Assembly (NCBI GenBank): GCA_963751455.1
Contig: CAVVUN010000015.1
Span: 96,001 to 160,000, forward strand
Direction: 5' to 3'
DNA: 64,000 nucleotides
DNA from: Nitrospirota bacterium
Lineage (GTDB): Bacteria > Nitrospirota > UBA9217
Position numbers and translations under genes: made by a program. Under the pieces are notes generated by a model. It was not told where the DNA came from. It saw only the letters and a program-made list of their open reading frames with translations, and searched no databases. This document shows, in pieces, positions 50,844 through 60,787 of the stretch (positions within the stretch are counted from its first letter, which is position 1; every line of letters begins with the position of its first letter).

Positions 50844-52532
50844 TCACCAGAATACGCGCACGGCGATTTTATTAGGGAAAATGCCGTCATCAATAGCAAA
50901 ATTTTTTGTACTTTTACAATTTGCAATTTTCATTTGAACCGAAAGCGGCAGCGGCTCCATTTCACTTCTGGATAGAACCGCGATCGCATGGTCCTTCCCG
51001 GCATCCACCGGGTCTGATGCATAGTAACGCGGGTTTTTATATTCCCAGGTAAACCTGTACCTCGATACTGCAATCTCGTCAGCGGGCGGAAAGTTTCCGG
51101 GCACGTAGTTGTATACTATACGCTTTTTCGAATAGAGGTCAAGCAGGGGCACAAGGACTGCCTGGTTCATACTCTCCCCCGCTTTCGGGACGGTAAAAAC
51201 TTCAACGGTGTCGGTTTGCAGAGTATCAATAAATGCCCCGGCGTTCATGAGATTCACGCTCGTGCGCTTCTGCAGGAACGGCAGATATGCGGACATCGCA
51301 ATGACAAGCGACGATATTACTGCGCAAGACACGATGAACTTTCTCGCGTCTGTGTCCCGTATCTGTTGAATTCCGTATGATGCCATCAATGCCAGCATTG
51401 GTAAAACCGGTAAGAGGTAACGAATTCTTTTTATCTGAAATACGAAAGCAAGGAGGGGAAGCCAGAGAATCATGAGATATTTTATGTCTTTTTTTCTTGC
51501 GGCCGCATATAGAGAATAAACGGCTCCGATCGTAATAAAAGGATGTATCTGATAAAAGAACATCGAGACGAGACTCTCGCCCCATCGGTGCAGTCCCGGG
51601 CCCTGGAAAGTGCGGAGCAGGCTCACTTGTTCGGAAATTATGTCGTATTTCAGAATGAGAGCAGTCCCGATCAAGAGGCATGAGAGGATTGCCACAGACA
51701 GTGTCCTGGTTACTATGTCCCGGGATAAGAAGCGAGGCTTGGTGGAAGCATATGCCATAACTGCAAAAAAAAGGACGGAAAGCATCGGCCATGACGAGTA
51801 TTTTGAAAAAAAAGTGAGGAAAACGGCGACAGAGGTCAGAAGGACAGGCCATACACCCCCATGTTCCAAACTCTTGAGAAGCGCATAAACCGATAAGGTA
51901 AGGAGGAACATCGTCGGGATGTCGACGAGCATCAGCGGCAGTTGTGAATAGATGTACGGCATGCCGAGAAGAAGAGCGGCTGCCTGTAAACCAGTCTGCT
52001 CATCCCACAGCTGTTTTCCGATGTGATTCGTCAAGACGATAGTCAGGGAGAAGAGGAGAGTCGAAAAAATCTGTATCGCAAGCAGCGATTCGCCGACTGT
52101 CTTGAAAATCAGACCAAAAAAAAATGGAACAGCGGGCAGATCGGTCCAGGCTGGGATCCCTGAGCCCCATTCCCGAAGAAAGAAGCCGATTCCGTACAGT
52201 TCGAGGTGTTTAGCCTCGGCAAAGTAACGGGAACTGTCCGGAATATAATGCGGTATAGTCCAGAATAACGCACCGGCCGCGAAAGAAAGGACAATAAGCA
52301 GCAGAGGCCCGCGGCGACCTGTCCAGGCAACGCGTGAAACAAGGTAGGCTATGGCGACCCCGCAGAAAAGAGTGATGTAGACTCTCGTAATATTGCTTCG
52401 ATCCAGCATCCACTGCCAGCTTGTCAATCCGCTATCATCAGCTTCGCGAAACGCATAAAGCCCGAGAAAAGTGATCAGCGTGAGGATTGCTGTCAATATT
52501 GTTCGTCTTATAGTTTCAAAATCACGCAACAT
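50844..52532 (-). CDS. GT-C fold (ArnT/PMT-like) membrane glycosyltransferase
   Basis: Multiple TM helices; PDSSRY, DLP, MLVDIP, SKYS, RYLLP motifs. Confidence 0.8.
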   Translation of the reverse strand: MLRDFETIRRTILTAILTLITFLGLYAFREADDSGLTSWQWMLDRSNITRVYITLFCGVAIAYLVSRVAWTGRRGPLLLIVLSFAAGALFWTIPHYIPDSSRYFAEAKHLELYGIGFFLREWGSGIPAWTDLPAVPFFFGLIFKTVGESLLAIQIFSTLLFSLTIVLTNHIGKQLWDEQTGLQAAALLLGMPYIYSQLPLMLVDIPTMFLLTLSVYALLKSLEHGGVWPVLLTSVAVFLTFFSKYSSWPMLSVLFFAVMAYASTKPRFLSRDIVTRTLSVAILSCLLIGTALILKYDIISEQVSLLRTFQGPGLHRWGESLVSMFFYQIHPFITIGAVYSLYAAARKKDIKYLMILWLPLLAFVFQIKRIRYLLPVLPMLALMASYGIQQIRDTDARKFIVSCAVISSLVIAMSAYLPFLQKRTSVNLMNAGAFIDTLQTDTVEVFTVPKAGESMNQAVLVPLLDLYSKKRIVYNYVPGNFPPADEIAVSRYRFTWEYKNPRYYASDPVDAGKDHAIAVLSRSEMEPLPLSVQMKIANCKSTKNFAIDDGIFPNKIAVRVFW

Positions 52533-52868
52533 AAGATGTTATAAAAAAAATTTCTCCGTTACGGTTCTTCCCGTTAATAACAGCCTTGGAATGACTATGG
52601 AAACATAATTCATGCTGAATCAAAATGCAAGTTGAAAGTAAAATGAATTAATTCGCGGGTTCAAACAAAGAGCAGTTTTATTTCGTTAATTGAGGAATTT
52701 AAGACATCTCGTCCGGTGGGTTATCAGACATGAAATACGCAATCTCGATCAATATACTTAAAATTATAATTTGAGACCATTTAAGCTAAACGGGTGAGCC
52801 ATCGTTACTTATTCTCCCATAGACAACTCAATTTGTCGCTTTACAACTGTTGTATCTATAACTTCATG

Positions 52869-52898
52869 TTGACACCAGATAATACTTTTAGCTATCAT
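52869..52898 (+). promoter_or_regulatory. Sigma70-type promoter upstream of the porin locus
   Basis: TTGACA-18 nt-TATCAT. Confidence 0.5.
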
Positions 52899-53137
52899 GC
52901 CACATCTTCAACTAGCACAAGTTATCTCTACTGCAATCATACAAATCTGAGCAATAAATAGTCGATCGGGTAAGGATGCAGCCTCCGGCATGTACCAACG
53001 ACGAAGTTTATTTTTTGCCGAGCAAATATCATCCAGCAACGTTCAACGAAAAAGGATTTTTGAATTATCATCTTCCATATCCGTACCATATCCGTACGTC
53101 CGGAGTGGGAGATGCTAATTACTTAAGGGGGGATAAA

Positions 53138-54292
53138 ATGAGGCATCGATTAAGTGTACTGGCACTCGTTTTTACTGCTGTTGCTTTGCTATGGATTTGT
53201 GTTGGAAGTGAAACCGCGTACGCTAAGACCGTGGCCGAGTGGGACAGCGGTTTTCTGAACATCGATTACCAGGTCCAGGCCCGAGCCGCGTGGCGGGACC
53301 AGGGCACTGACCCCAGTCAGGATCAGACATCCCGGGATCTGTATCTGCGAAGAAACAGGCTCAGTTTTCTCGGCGCTGCTACAGAAACGATCGGGTATGC
53401 GATCCAGTTTGAGTATAACGGCGGACGGAGGATCGGCGACCTGAGTGTGTCAGAGCAGAACGGCGAATACGATTCGCTTATTCTCGACTATTATCTTACC
53501 TGGGATCCTTCCGATTCCCTGAAGTTTCGCGTGGGGAAGACAAAACACGTCCTTACCCGCGAGGTCAACGAAGGTTGCTTCGATCCGCTCTCGATCGACC
53601 GGTCCAATTTCATACTGGGCCCCTTCTCCGGATCACGCCCGGAAAAAACGACGCGTGATTACGGCTTGGTTGCCTGGGGCAACTTCGTCGAGAACAAGTT
53701 GCAGTACCGTCTTGCCGTAATGCAAGGCAACGACTTCGGAAGCAACAAGCCGGATGATATCGGCTACCGTTATACCGGCCGTGTGCATCTCACGCTTCTC
53801 GATCCTGAAGCGGGCCTCGGATATAAGGGCACCTACCTCGGGAAAAAGAATGTGCTGACACTGGGAGCGGGTTACGAGGTCCAGCCCAATGCGGTCTTCG
53901 CAAGCGGGACAACCGGGCCGGCCGAGGACTACAAGGGTTTGACCTACGACATCTTTTATGAGAAACCTACCGACATGGGTACATTCACGGTATCCGGCGC
54001 TTATTATGAGATGGACTTTAACAGGGCCAGCGGACCGGGCGCCGAAGACAGGAACGGAAGTTATTGGAAAGCCGGTTATATGGTCGGCAAGACCCAGATT
54101 TTTGGAAGATTCGAGGACTGGGCATTTGTCAGTGGTCAGAGCCTTAAATTACAGGTCGCGGGCGTTAATTATTACATAAAAGGCCAGGACTTGAGGCTTA
54201 CCTTGGAATATACGGCCACTGACCTTAAAAATGAAAATGCAAAAAACAAGGATTTCACGACGATATTAGCGCAGTTCCAGGCCAGATTCTAA
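53138..54292 (+). CDS. Outer-membrane porin, OprO/OprP-like, similar to Geobacter ExtI
   Basis: Signal peptide AYA-K; LRRNRL, TRE..E.C..PL..DRS, TRDYG, GRVH..L.DPE..GY.GTYLG; C-terminal Phe. Confidence 0.8.
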   Translation: MRHRLSVLALVFTAVALLWICVGSETAYAKTVAEWDSGFLNIDYQVQARAAWRDQGTDPSQDQTSRDLYLRRNRLSFLGAATETIGYAIQFEYNGGRRIGDLSVSEQNGEYDSLILDYYLTWDPSDSLKFRVGKTKHVLTREVNEGCFDPLSIDRSNFILGPFSGSRPEKTTRDYGLVAWGNFVENKLQYRLAVMQGNDFGSNKPDDIGYRYTGRVHLTLLDPEAGLGYKGTYLGKKNVLTLGAGYEVQPNAVFASGTTGPAEDYKGLTYDIFYEKPTDMGTFTVSGAYYEMDFNRASGPGAEDRNGSYWKAGYMVGKTQIFGRFEDWAFVSGQSLKLQVAGVNYYIKGQDLRLTLEYTATDLKNENAKNKDFTTILAQFQARF

Positions 54293-54314
54293 TTTACAAG
54301 GAGAGGACATTCCA

Positions 54315-54749
54315 ATGAAGATAAAATTAAACATAATCCTGCTGGCGCTATTGCTGGCATCTACCGTTATCGTCCCGCTTCTGGTCTTTCAGGGCTGCGG
54401 CAGCGATGAATACGCCATTCCTACCGCTGATCCCAATGCGCCCATAGCGATCAATGGCGGCGCTTCAGTAACTGATACAACCAGTGTAATCCTGACACTT
54501 CATCGCGTAGACGCTGCCGGTGTTGTCGGATACTTTGTTTCCGAGAATGCAACAGCGCCGGCCGCTGGCGACGCCGGCTGGGTGACCGTTACACAAATCA
54601 CGACCTACGATGCGACAGGAATTCCCTTTACGCTGAGTGCGACAGAGGGGTCGAAAACGGTCTACGTTTGGTTTAAAAACGCAGCTGCGGCAGTCAGCAC
54701 GACGGCAAGCGCCAGCATCAAATATGATGACGGTATATACGGTAACTGA
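54315..54749 (+). CDS. Small lipoprotein with Ig-like domain
   Basis: AAGGAG RBS; lipobox FQGC; ING GA..T...V.L, G.KTVYVWFK.AA. Confidence 0.75.
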   Translation: MKIKLNIILLALLLASTVIVPLLVFQGCGSDEYAIPTADPNAPIAINGGASVTDTTSVILTLHRVDAAGVVGYFVSENATAPAAGDAGWVTVTQITTYDATGIPFTLSATEGSKTVYVWFKNAAAAVSTTASASIKYDDGIYGN

Positions 54750-54885
54750 GGTCAATAGCATACTTAATTAATAAAGGAGGTGGCCGGAAGTCACAAAGAG
54801 GTACCGGCAGTGCCGGTAAGCTTTTATCAGGTCTTCGTAGAAATTTATTTACAAAACAAACAGTAAAAAGGGGAGGTTCATAATA

Positions 54886-56070
54886 ATGAAGAAAAGCATG
54901 TTCACAAAAGTCTTGATTATCGCGTTGGCAATTATGGTTGTGGGAACGGTTGCTTTTATCGGCGGCTGCGGCAGTGACAGCAATGACGACGGAGCAGCGG
55001 CCCCGACGGTGAAGAGGACAATGGCTTCCGCATTCAGAAGCGATGCTGCTTACCAGTATATCCATGGCACCAACAGCCCGGATGGTACCAAGTTGTATGT
55101 CGCCTTTAACAACACGATTTCAGCCGGCTCAGGAACCTTGTCCGGAAACTTTACGGCATATATGCTCAACATGAGCGACGTTACTGCCGGCACGGTATCA
55201 TCATCCAGCGTGCTTGCAACCTCACAGTCGATTACGGCCGCAACAGCCTTCAGGCAGAGCTTTACTCCGGATGGCACCAAAATCGTACAGGCAGGCGCCG
55301 ACCGCGTGGTCGTGTTGAAAGCCTCTGATCTTAGCGTACTGCAGAGCACTACGAACATTGGCGGCACATCGACCTCTTTCCAAAGCCACGATGCCTTAGC
55401 GATCGATAACGACTATGCTCTTCTGCAGCTGCAATCAAAGCAGAGCACCACAGGCGTTGCTGCAGTCATACTTTATAACATCAACACCGGAGCTACGATC
55501 GGGTCACAAGCCAACACTTGTTCTCCTTGCCACTCCTGGACCTCGGCTAAGAGCCATATGAACTGCGGTATAGACGGCAAATTTACCAAAGGCTCCGATG
55601 GCAAGTACACCGGCACGCTCTATGCGTCAACCACCACGGGCGGACACATCGTGAAAGTGAATCTTACTATCGATCCTGCTACCGGAGTAACGGCAGGTTC
55701 CGCGAGTCATCTTGCACAGGTCTCGAATTATGACCTTGGCACGGGTGCAGCGGGCACTGATATCCCGAACCTCCATGATGTGAGGCTCGATACAACGGTT
55801 ACTCCCAACAGAGTGTATTATTCAGCAATTATGCCAGATGCAACAGGCGGGGCCAATAACGGCCGCGTGCATATGGGTTATGTAGAAACAACCACTGGCA
55901 ACAAGACTGACGCAACGATCAACATAGCAAGCGGTTCAACCAGCGCCCCGGTATACTGCGGCTCTGGTCAGACCACAACCCACTTCATCCCGCAGACCAT
56001 GAACTATCCTGCGTATATCGATGCGGTGCCCAAGTCCCTTATCACCACGGGAGCTGCCCTTAATCCGTAA
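54886..56070 (+). CDS. Lipoprotein with one CxxCH (putative c-type heme) motif and beta-rich body
   Basis: GGAGGT RBS; lipobox IGGC; CSPCH; several His (IHG, SHD, GGH, LHD); YCGSGQ. Confidence 0.75.
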   Translation: MKKSMFTKVLIIALAIMVVGTVAFIGGCGSDSNDDGAAAPTVKRTMASAFRSDAAYQYIHGTNSPDGTKLYVAFNNTISAGSGTLSGNFTAYMLNMSDVTAGTVSSSSVLATSQSITAATAFRQSFTPDGTKIVQAGADRVVVLKASDLSVLQSTTNIGGTSTSFQSHDALAIDNDYALLQLQSKQSTTGVAAVILYNINTGATIGSQANTCSPCHSWTSAKSHMNCGIDGKFTKGSDGKYTGTLYASTTTGGHIVKVNLTIDPATGVTAGSASHLAQVSNYDLGTGAAGTDIPNLHDVRLDTTVTPNRVYYSAIMPDATGGANNGRVHMGYVETTTGNKTDATINIASGSTSAPVYCGSGQTTTHFIPQTMNYPAYIDAVPKSLITTGAALNP

Positions 56071-56091
56071 GGCGACATATTCAAGCATAGC

Positions 56092-56123
56092 AAGGGGAGC
56101 GGTTCTTCCGCTCCCCTTTTTTT
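56092..56123 (+). terminator. Intrinsic terminator
   Basis: aaggggagcgg-ttctt-ccgctcccctt followed by T run. Confidence 0.85.
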
Positions 56124-56239
56124 ATTCTCCATTAATGTGCGTGTTATATACTAGATCGCGAGGTTAAAGCCTTGCCCCGCAGTTAAGCAGTTCATTTTGC
56201 TTTAAAATAAATTCCGAACGTTGTATTATAGGCACTGGT

Positions 56240-57427
56240 ATGAGCCTTCTTAAACTTGCCTTAAAAAATCTGTTGAGAAAACGAGTACGAAGCATCGCTC
56301 TCATCCTGATAGGCGCCCTGGCCGGGGGCCTTATTTTTTCCGCTTCAACAATTCTGCTTTCCGTAAAATCGAGCCTCGAGCTTGGGATGAAAAGGCTCGG
56401 TGCCGACATCATGGTTGCGCCGGCCGGATACGAAACCAAGGTCCAGCGCACACTATTGTCAGGCGAACCCTCCGCCTACTACATGGATGCCAAAATAATC
56501 GATCGGATCAAGGCTGTCCCTGGCGTTCATAAAGCATCGCCTCAGCTTTTTATGACTTCGGCGGTGCTCGAATGCTGCTATGCACCCGATGTCCTTCTCG
56601 TGGGATATGATCCCGAATCGGACTTTACGATCAAGCCCTGGAAACGATTTGCCGTCGAAGCAACCAACGATGATGCTATAATCGGCGCAAATTTGAACTA
56701 TCTTTCCCCGGAGGACTTTCGTTTTTACGGAAAACAGTTCGGCATCAGTTCGGTCCTTGAATTGACTGGCCTTCCCTATTTTGATAAGACCGTTTTCATG
56801 ACCATGGATGCAGCGAGAAATATGATAGAAATTTCGAAGTCCGCATCCGCACGGCCTCTTAATATCGGCAAGGACCAGATATCGTCAGTGCTGGTCAAAG
56901 TGCATGACAATTACGATATACAAAAAGCAGCGGCCGATATAGAAAAAACACTTCCTGAGATCAAGGTAATCGTCACAAACGAACTTATAACGGCGGTACG
57001 CAACGACACTCACCTGGCTCTGTGGGGTGTCTTCGCCGGGGGAACGGCCGCCTGGGTCATGTTATTAGCAATGAACGGACTGATTTTTACGATAGTTACT
57101 AACGAACGGAGACGGGAGTACGGAATCCTGAGGGCCATGGGAGCTACGAAGAAGCATGTGTACCGTCTTATAGTTTCCGAAGCAGCTATTCTTTCAGGCG
57201 CCGGAGGGCTCATCGGTTCCATGGTCGGCTGGCTTATTATTTCCTTCTTCAGGCGGCTGATAATCGTCTCTCTGGGAAATATACCCTTTACGCTCCCTTC
57301 ACCATTTTATTTATGCGCAGCTGCCGTTGTCTGCGCTTTACTTTTTATTCTTACCGGGGCCGCTTCGGCAATGTATCCTGCTTTACGTGCCAGTCGCCGT
57401 GAACCAGATGAAGCGATTAAGCGGTGA
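56240..57427 (+). CDS. ABC transporter permease, MacB/FtsX type
   Basis: RLGADIMV.P.G, ERRREYGILRAMGA, YPALRASR; periplasmic CC motif. Confidence 0.9.
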   Translation: MSLLKLALKNLLRKRVRSIALILIGALAGGLIFSASTILLSVKSSLELGMKRLGADIMVAPAGYETKVQRTLLSGEPSAYYMDAKIIDRIKAVPGVHKASPQLFMTSAVLECCYAPDVLLVGYDPESDFTIKPWKRFAVEATNDDAIIGANLNYLSPEDFRFYGKQFGISSVLELTGLPYFDKTVFMTMDAARNMIEISKSASARPLNIGKDQISSVLVKVHDNYDIQKAAADIEKTLPEIKVIVTNELITAVRNDTHLALWGVFAGGTAAWVMLLAMNGLIFTIVTNERRREYGILRAMGATKKHVYRLIVSEAAILSGAGGLIGSMVGWLIISFFRRLIIVSLGNIPFTLPSPFYLCAAAVVCALLFILTGAASAMYPALRASRREPDEAIKR

Positions 57428-58593
57428 AGATGACACTTTATTCGCTTGCAAAAAAAAATATTAAGAGATCACCTTTCAGAAGCGGTGCCGTTGCTCTCGG
57501 TGTCGCTATTGTAGCAGCGACTCTTTTCTGCGTCACCGCTATTATCGGTCTGGCAGGCCTCTCTCTACAACGACGCGTATCAACACTGAACGCTGAGTTA
57601 ATTGTCGTACCGCAGGAAGAGGCTGAGACCATGACCAAATTCCTTGCGGGTCATTTCGAGAAATTCAAGTTCGATATGCAGCATAACATATTGGATGACG
57701 TCAGGGGCATGAGTTTTGTAAAGAATGCAACGCCACTTCTTTTCCTCATTCCGCAAGATACTTCATCCTCGATTCCGGGGAATACCGTGGTAGTGGGTTA
57801 TGATCCGAAAACGGACTTCACCATAAAACCGTGGCTCAAACAGAATAGGACGCCTTCCGATAAGGAGGTTATTATTGGAGGGAAAGTATCGTACGAAAGG
57901 AATCAGAAGATCAAGATTTTAGGGACGGAGCTGGTAGTGGCCGGAAAACTGGAGACAACCGGGATCTATTTCTTGGATAATTCCATATTTATTCCAATTA
58001 CAGCTTTGCGCCAGCTCGCAGGGAAGCCGGACCGGATATCGGCAATTATGGTGCAGCCTGAACTCAATGACTTCGGCCGTGTTCGTACGCTTGGTTTAAC
58101 GATACAAGAGAAAATCAAAGGGGTAAAGTCATTGATGACCGAAGAAACGATATCTACCGCCCGCAGGCAAATAGCGACGCTTATGAAAGGTGTTCTTCTT
58201 ACGGCTGCGCTTATATGGACAATCGCTCTCATCATGATCGGTGTGATCTTCTCAATGATAATAAATGAGAGGCAGAGGGAAATTGGTTTTTTACGTGCCA
58301 TGGGCGCTACAAAGATGCATGTCTTCCGGCTTGCTATGATCGAGGCCTCCCTTCTTTCGGTCTTCGGTGGAGCGGCCGGCGTCATTGCCGGAGCGATTAC
58401 CGCATATGCCTTTAAAAGCGTGGCCAACACTTTGTTTGCTGTTCAGTATGCTTTGCCCGAACCCGCACATTTCGTGCTCATAACTGTTCTCAGTCTGCTG
58501 CTTTCCATCATTTCCGGTGCAGTGGCAACGTTTTTTCCGGCGCTTCGCTCAAGTTTGATGCAGCCACAGGAGGCAATCAGCAAAGGAAATTAG
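57424..58593 (+). CDS. ABC transporter permease, MacB/FtsX type (paralog)
   Basis: ERQREIGFLRAMGA, FPALRSS; GTGA overlap with the preceding gene. Confidence 0.9.
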   Translation: MKMTLYSLAKKNIKRSPFRSGAVALGVAIVAATLFCVTAIIGLAGLSLQRRVSTLNAELIVVPQEEAETMTKFLAGHFEKFKFDMQHNILDDVRGMSFVKNATPLLFLIPQDTSSSIPGNTVVVGYDPKTDFTIKPWLKQNRTPSDKEVIIGGKVSYERNQKIKILGTELVVAGKLETTGIYFLDNSIFIPITALRQLAGKPDRISAIMVQPELNDFGRVRTLGLTIQEKIKGVKSLMTEETISTARRQIATLMKGVLLTAALIWTIALIMIGVIFSMIINERQREIGFLRAMGATKMHVFRLAMIEASLLSVFGGAAGVIAGAITAYAFKSVANTLFAVQYALPEPAHFVLITVLSLLLSIISGAVATFFPALRSSLMQPQEAISKGN

Positions 58594-58769
58594 AATCATG
58601 TTTTCACTGGCGGATGGTCTTGTTTATTCAAGTTACAAGCGTTTTATGGCATGCCCCGCGTCTTAATCCTGCGCGACAAGCATAAAAAACCAGTTGACAT
58701 CCGTAACCCACCACTGCTACTCTTTAAATTCCAATTAAGCCTCAAATATGTTATCAAGGAGGAAACCGC

Positions 58770-59051
58770 ATGTATTTTCTTGCTGTTAATAAAGTAAAAC
58801 AGAATGTGGAGCCTGCCAAAATAGGCGCTGTGATCCCTCCGCATGTTCAATGGCTCAAGGAGTGCGTTGCCGAAGGAACGGTAGTCCAGGCGGGAAAATG
58901 GGGCGACTCGGGTGGCATATCCATTGTCAGGGCTGATAGCCTTACAGATGCCATGGAAATTCTGAAAAATGACCCTCTTGTGCAGTCAGGATTAATTACT
59001 TTCGAAACGGCGGAACTCCATCCGCTCGTCGAGATGAGACAGGAGCGGTAA
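58770..59051 (+). CDS. YciI family protein
   Basis: HVQWL, AG, GG, NDPLV.G; AAGGAGG RBS. Confidence 0.8.
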   Translation: MYFLAVNKVKQNVEPAKIGAVIPPHVQWLKECVAEGTVVQAGKWGDSGGISIVRADSLTDAMEILKNDPLVQSGLITFETAELHPLVEMRQER

Positions 59052-59054
59052 ACA

Positions 59055-59489
59055 ATGGCACGGATCGGAATACTGACCTGCTCGAACGCCACCCAGGACC
59101 TTGGCTGCTCCTCCGTGAGCTGTCTTGCGGACCTGAGGAAGAGAAAAGGCGCATTCGCCGTATATCCGGCGGAGCAGCGGCTCGACCTGGTCGGCATCAT
59201 CAACTGTCCCGGCTGCCCGACCGTTATCGGACCGGAGAAGCTGCTCCAACGCATTCGGGCGCTGACCGAGTTTCGGTTGGATGCCATCCATTTCTCGAAC
59301 TGCGTGAAGGCCCTTTGCCCGTTCAAGCAGCAATACGAAAGAGTTTTGACGGAAGCATTCCCTGCCATCAAGATCGTTGTCGGGTCTCATGAGGAGCATA
59401 TCACCCCGGAAGAATTCAGGCAGCGGGTAAAGAAGCTGTTTTGCCAGCCGAGAAAAACGATGGTCGATGTGATACTGGATAAAGATTAA
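59055..59489 (+). CDS. CGGC domain protein
   Basis: IGILTC...C...C, GIINCPGCP, IHFSNC, CPF, VVGSH. Confidence 0.85.
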   Translation: MARIGILTCSNATQDLGCSSVSCLADLRKRKGAFAVYPAEQRLDLVGIINCPGCPTVIGPEKLLQRIRALTEFRLDAIHFSNCVKALCPFKQQYERVLTEAFPAIKIVVGSHEEHITPEEFRQRVKKLFCQPRKTMVDVILDKD

Positions 59490-59530
59490 CGAGGCAATAC
59501 CTTAGACCGCTAATGCATAACAAAAGCGTC

Positions 59531-59601
59531 TCTCGCAAAGCCGCAAAGAACGCAAAGGAAACCTTATATCCTGGTTTTAACCCGAGTGACTGGACTTGCG
59601 A
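59531..59601. repeat. 9-nt-period repeat arm with eroded inverse
   Basis: tctcgcaaagccgcaaagaacgcaaagg ... cttgcga. Confidence 0.65.
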
Positions 59602-59676
59602 AAAACATTCTGGTTTTGTGCAAACTCAAGAAATCAACTCAATTTTAAGGTGATCCCAAGTAGAGGTTAATGTGAA

Positions 59677-60495
59677 ATGAATAACCAGTATGTTCATGGA
59701 TATCATCCGTCAGAAAGCATCCGTTTGCAGGACCAGGCTTCAACCCTGGTGGAACTCCTGCATTCCGACACCCGGTATGAATCGGGATGCAGCGTGCTGG
59801 AAGCCGGGTGCGGTGTAGGCGCACAAACAGTGACGCTCGCCGCGAACAGTCCGGGGTCCCGGATAACGGCGGTGGATATCTCCGGGGAATCACTGGCTGA
59901 GGCAAGGAGAAAGATCCAGGCTGCGGGACTGACCAATGTCACGTTCCTTCAAGCAAATATCTTCAATTTGCCATTTGAGCCGGAAACCTTCGATCATCTG
60001 TTCCTCTGTTTTGTGCTGGAACACCTGCCTGATCCGGTTCAGGCGCTTACGTCTTTAAAAAAATACCTGAAGCGGGGCGGCACCATTACCGTAATAGAAG
60101 GCGATCATGGGTCAACCTTCTTTTACCCGGACAGCGAAGACGCCCGCCACGCTGTGAGTTGCCAGGTGGAACTGCAGAAAAGGGCAGGGGGAAACGCGAT
60201 GATCGGTCGCGGACTTTACCCGCTATTAACAAAAGCCGGGTACAAATCAGTCCGTGTCTCGCCGAGGATGGTGTATGTCGATTCGAGCAAACCGCACCTT
60301 GTCGACGGTTTTACAAAAAAGACCTTTACGGCAATGATCGAGGGGGTACGCAGCTCCTCGCTCAAGGCAGGTATCATAGACGAAGCGACCTTCGATAAAG
60401 GCGTCAAGGCTCTTTACCGGACAACAGAACCCGACGGTATTTTCTGCTACACCTTTTTCAAGGCATTCGCTGAAAAGGTGCAGCAAGACACGTGA
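59677..60495 (+). CDS. Class I SAM-dependent methyltransferase
   Basis: VLEAGCGVG, VDIS, FVLEHL.DP, LKRGG. Confidence 0.92.
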   Translation: MNNQYVHGYHPSESIRLQDQASTLVELLHSDTRYESGCSVLEAGCGVGAQTVTLAANSPGSRITAVDISGESLAEARRKIQAAGLTNVTFLQANIFNLPFEPETFDHLFLCFVLEHLPDPVQALTSLKKYLKRGGTITVIEGDHGSTFFYPDSEDARHAVSCQVELQKRAGGNAMIGRGLYPLLTKAGYKSVRVSPRMVYVDSSKPHLVDGFTKKTFTAMIEGVRSSSLKAGIIDEATFDKGVKALYRTTEPDGIFCYTFFKAFAEKVQQDT

Positions 60496-60787
60496 GCGAA
60501 GTTGATAAAGAACTTTTACGATTGCGTCAACTTAGGATCATCTTGCAGAGTTTATCCTGAGTGTGGAGGATAAGGTTCATTACCTTCGTTCGGGATGACA
60601 GCACGAGCGGCCTAAATGACAAAACAGGCTGTTCTTGAGTTTATACGTGTGGCTGCGGGGGATTCTATTATAATTTTGCTGAAAAAATAGAACAATCAAA
60701 ATCCGCAGGGCCACGGAGAAGACAATTCCGCGGCCTTTTTTATTACCCGCTGCGGGCTGACCCCCGTTATTCGTTGAAGGAGGAAAC

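Noticed and set aside
54747-54758. Selenocysteine in the ExtI-like locus
   Set aside because: The lipoprotein TGA is followed by GGT CAA TAG, and the other genes are open without internal TGA.
60640-60780. Fluoride riboswitch before the FlK-like gene
   Set aside because: The conserved GGCGATGG...GCTAATGAC pattern is not present.
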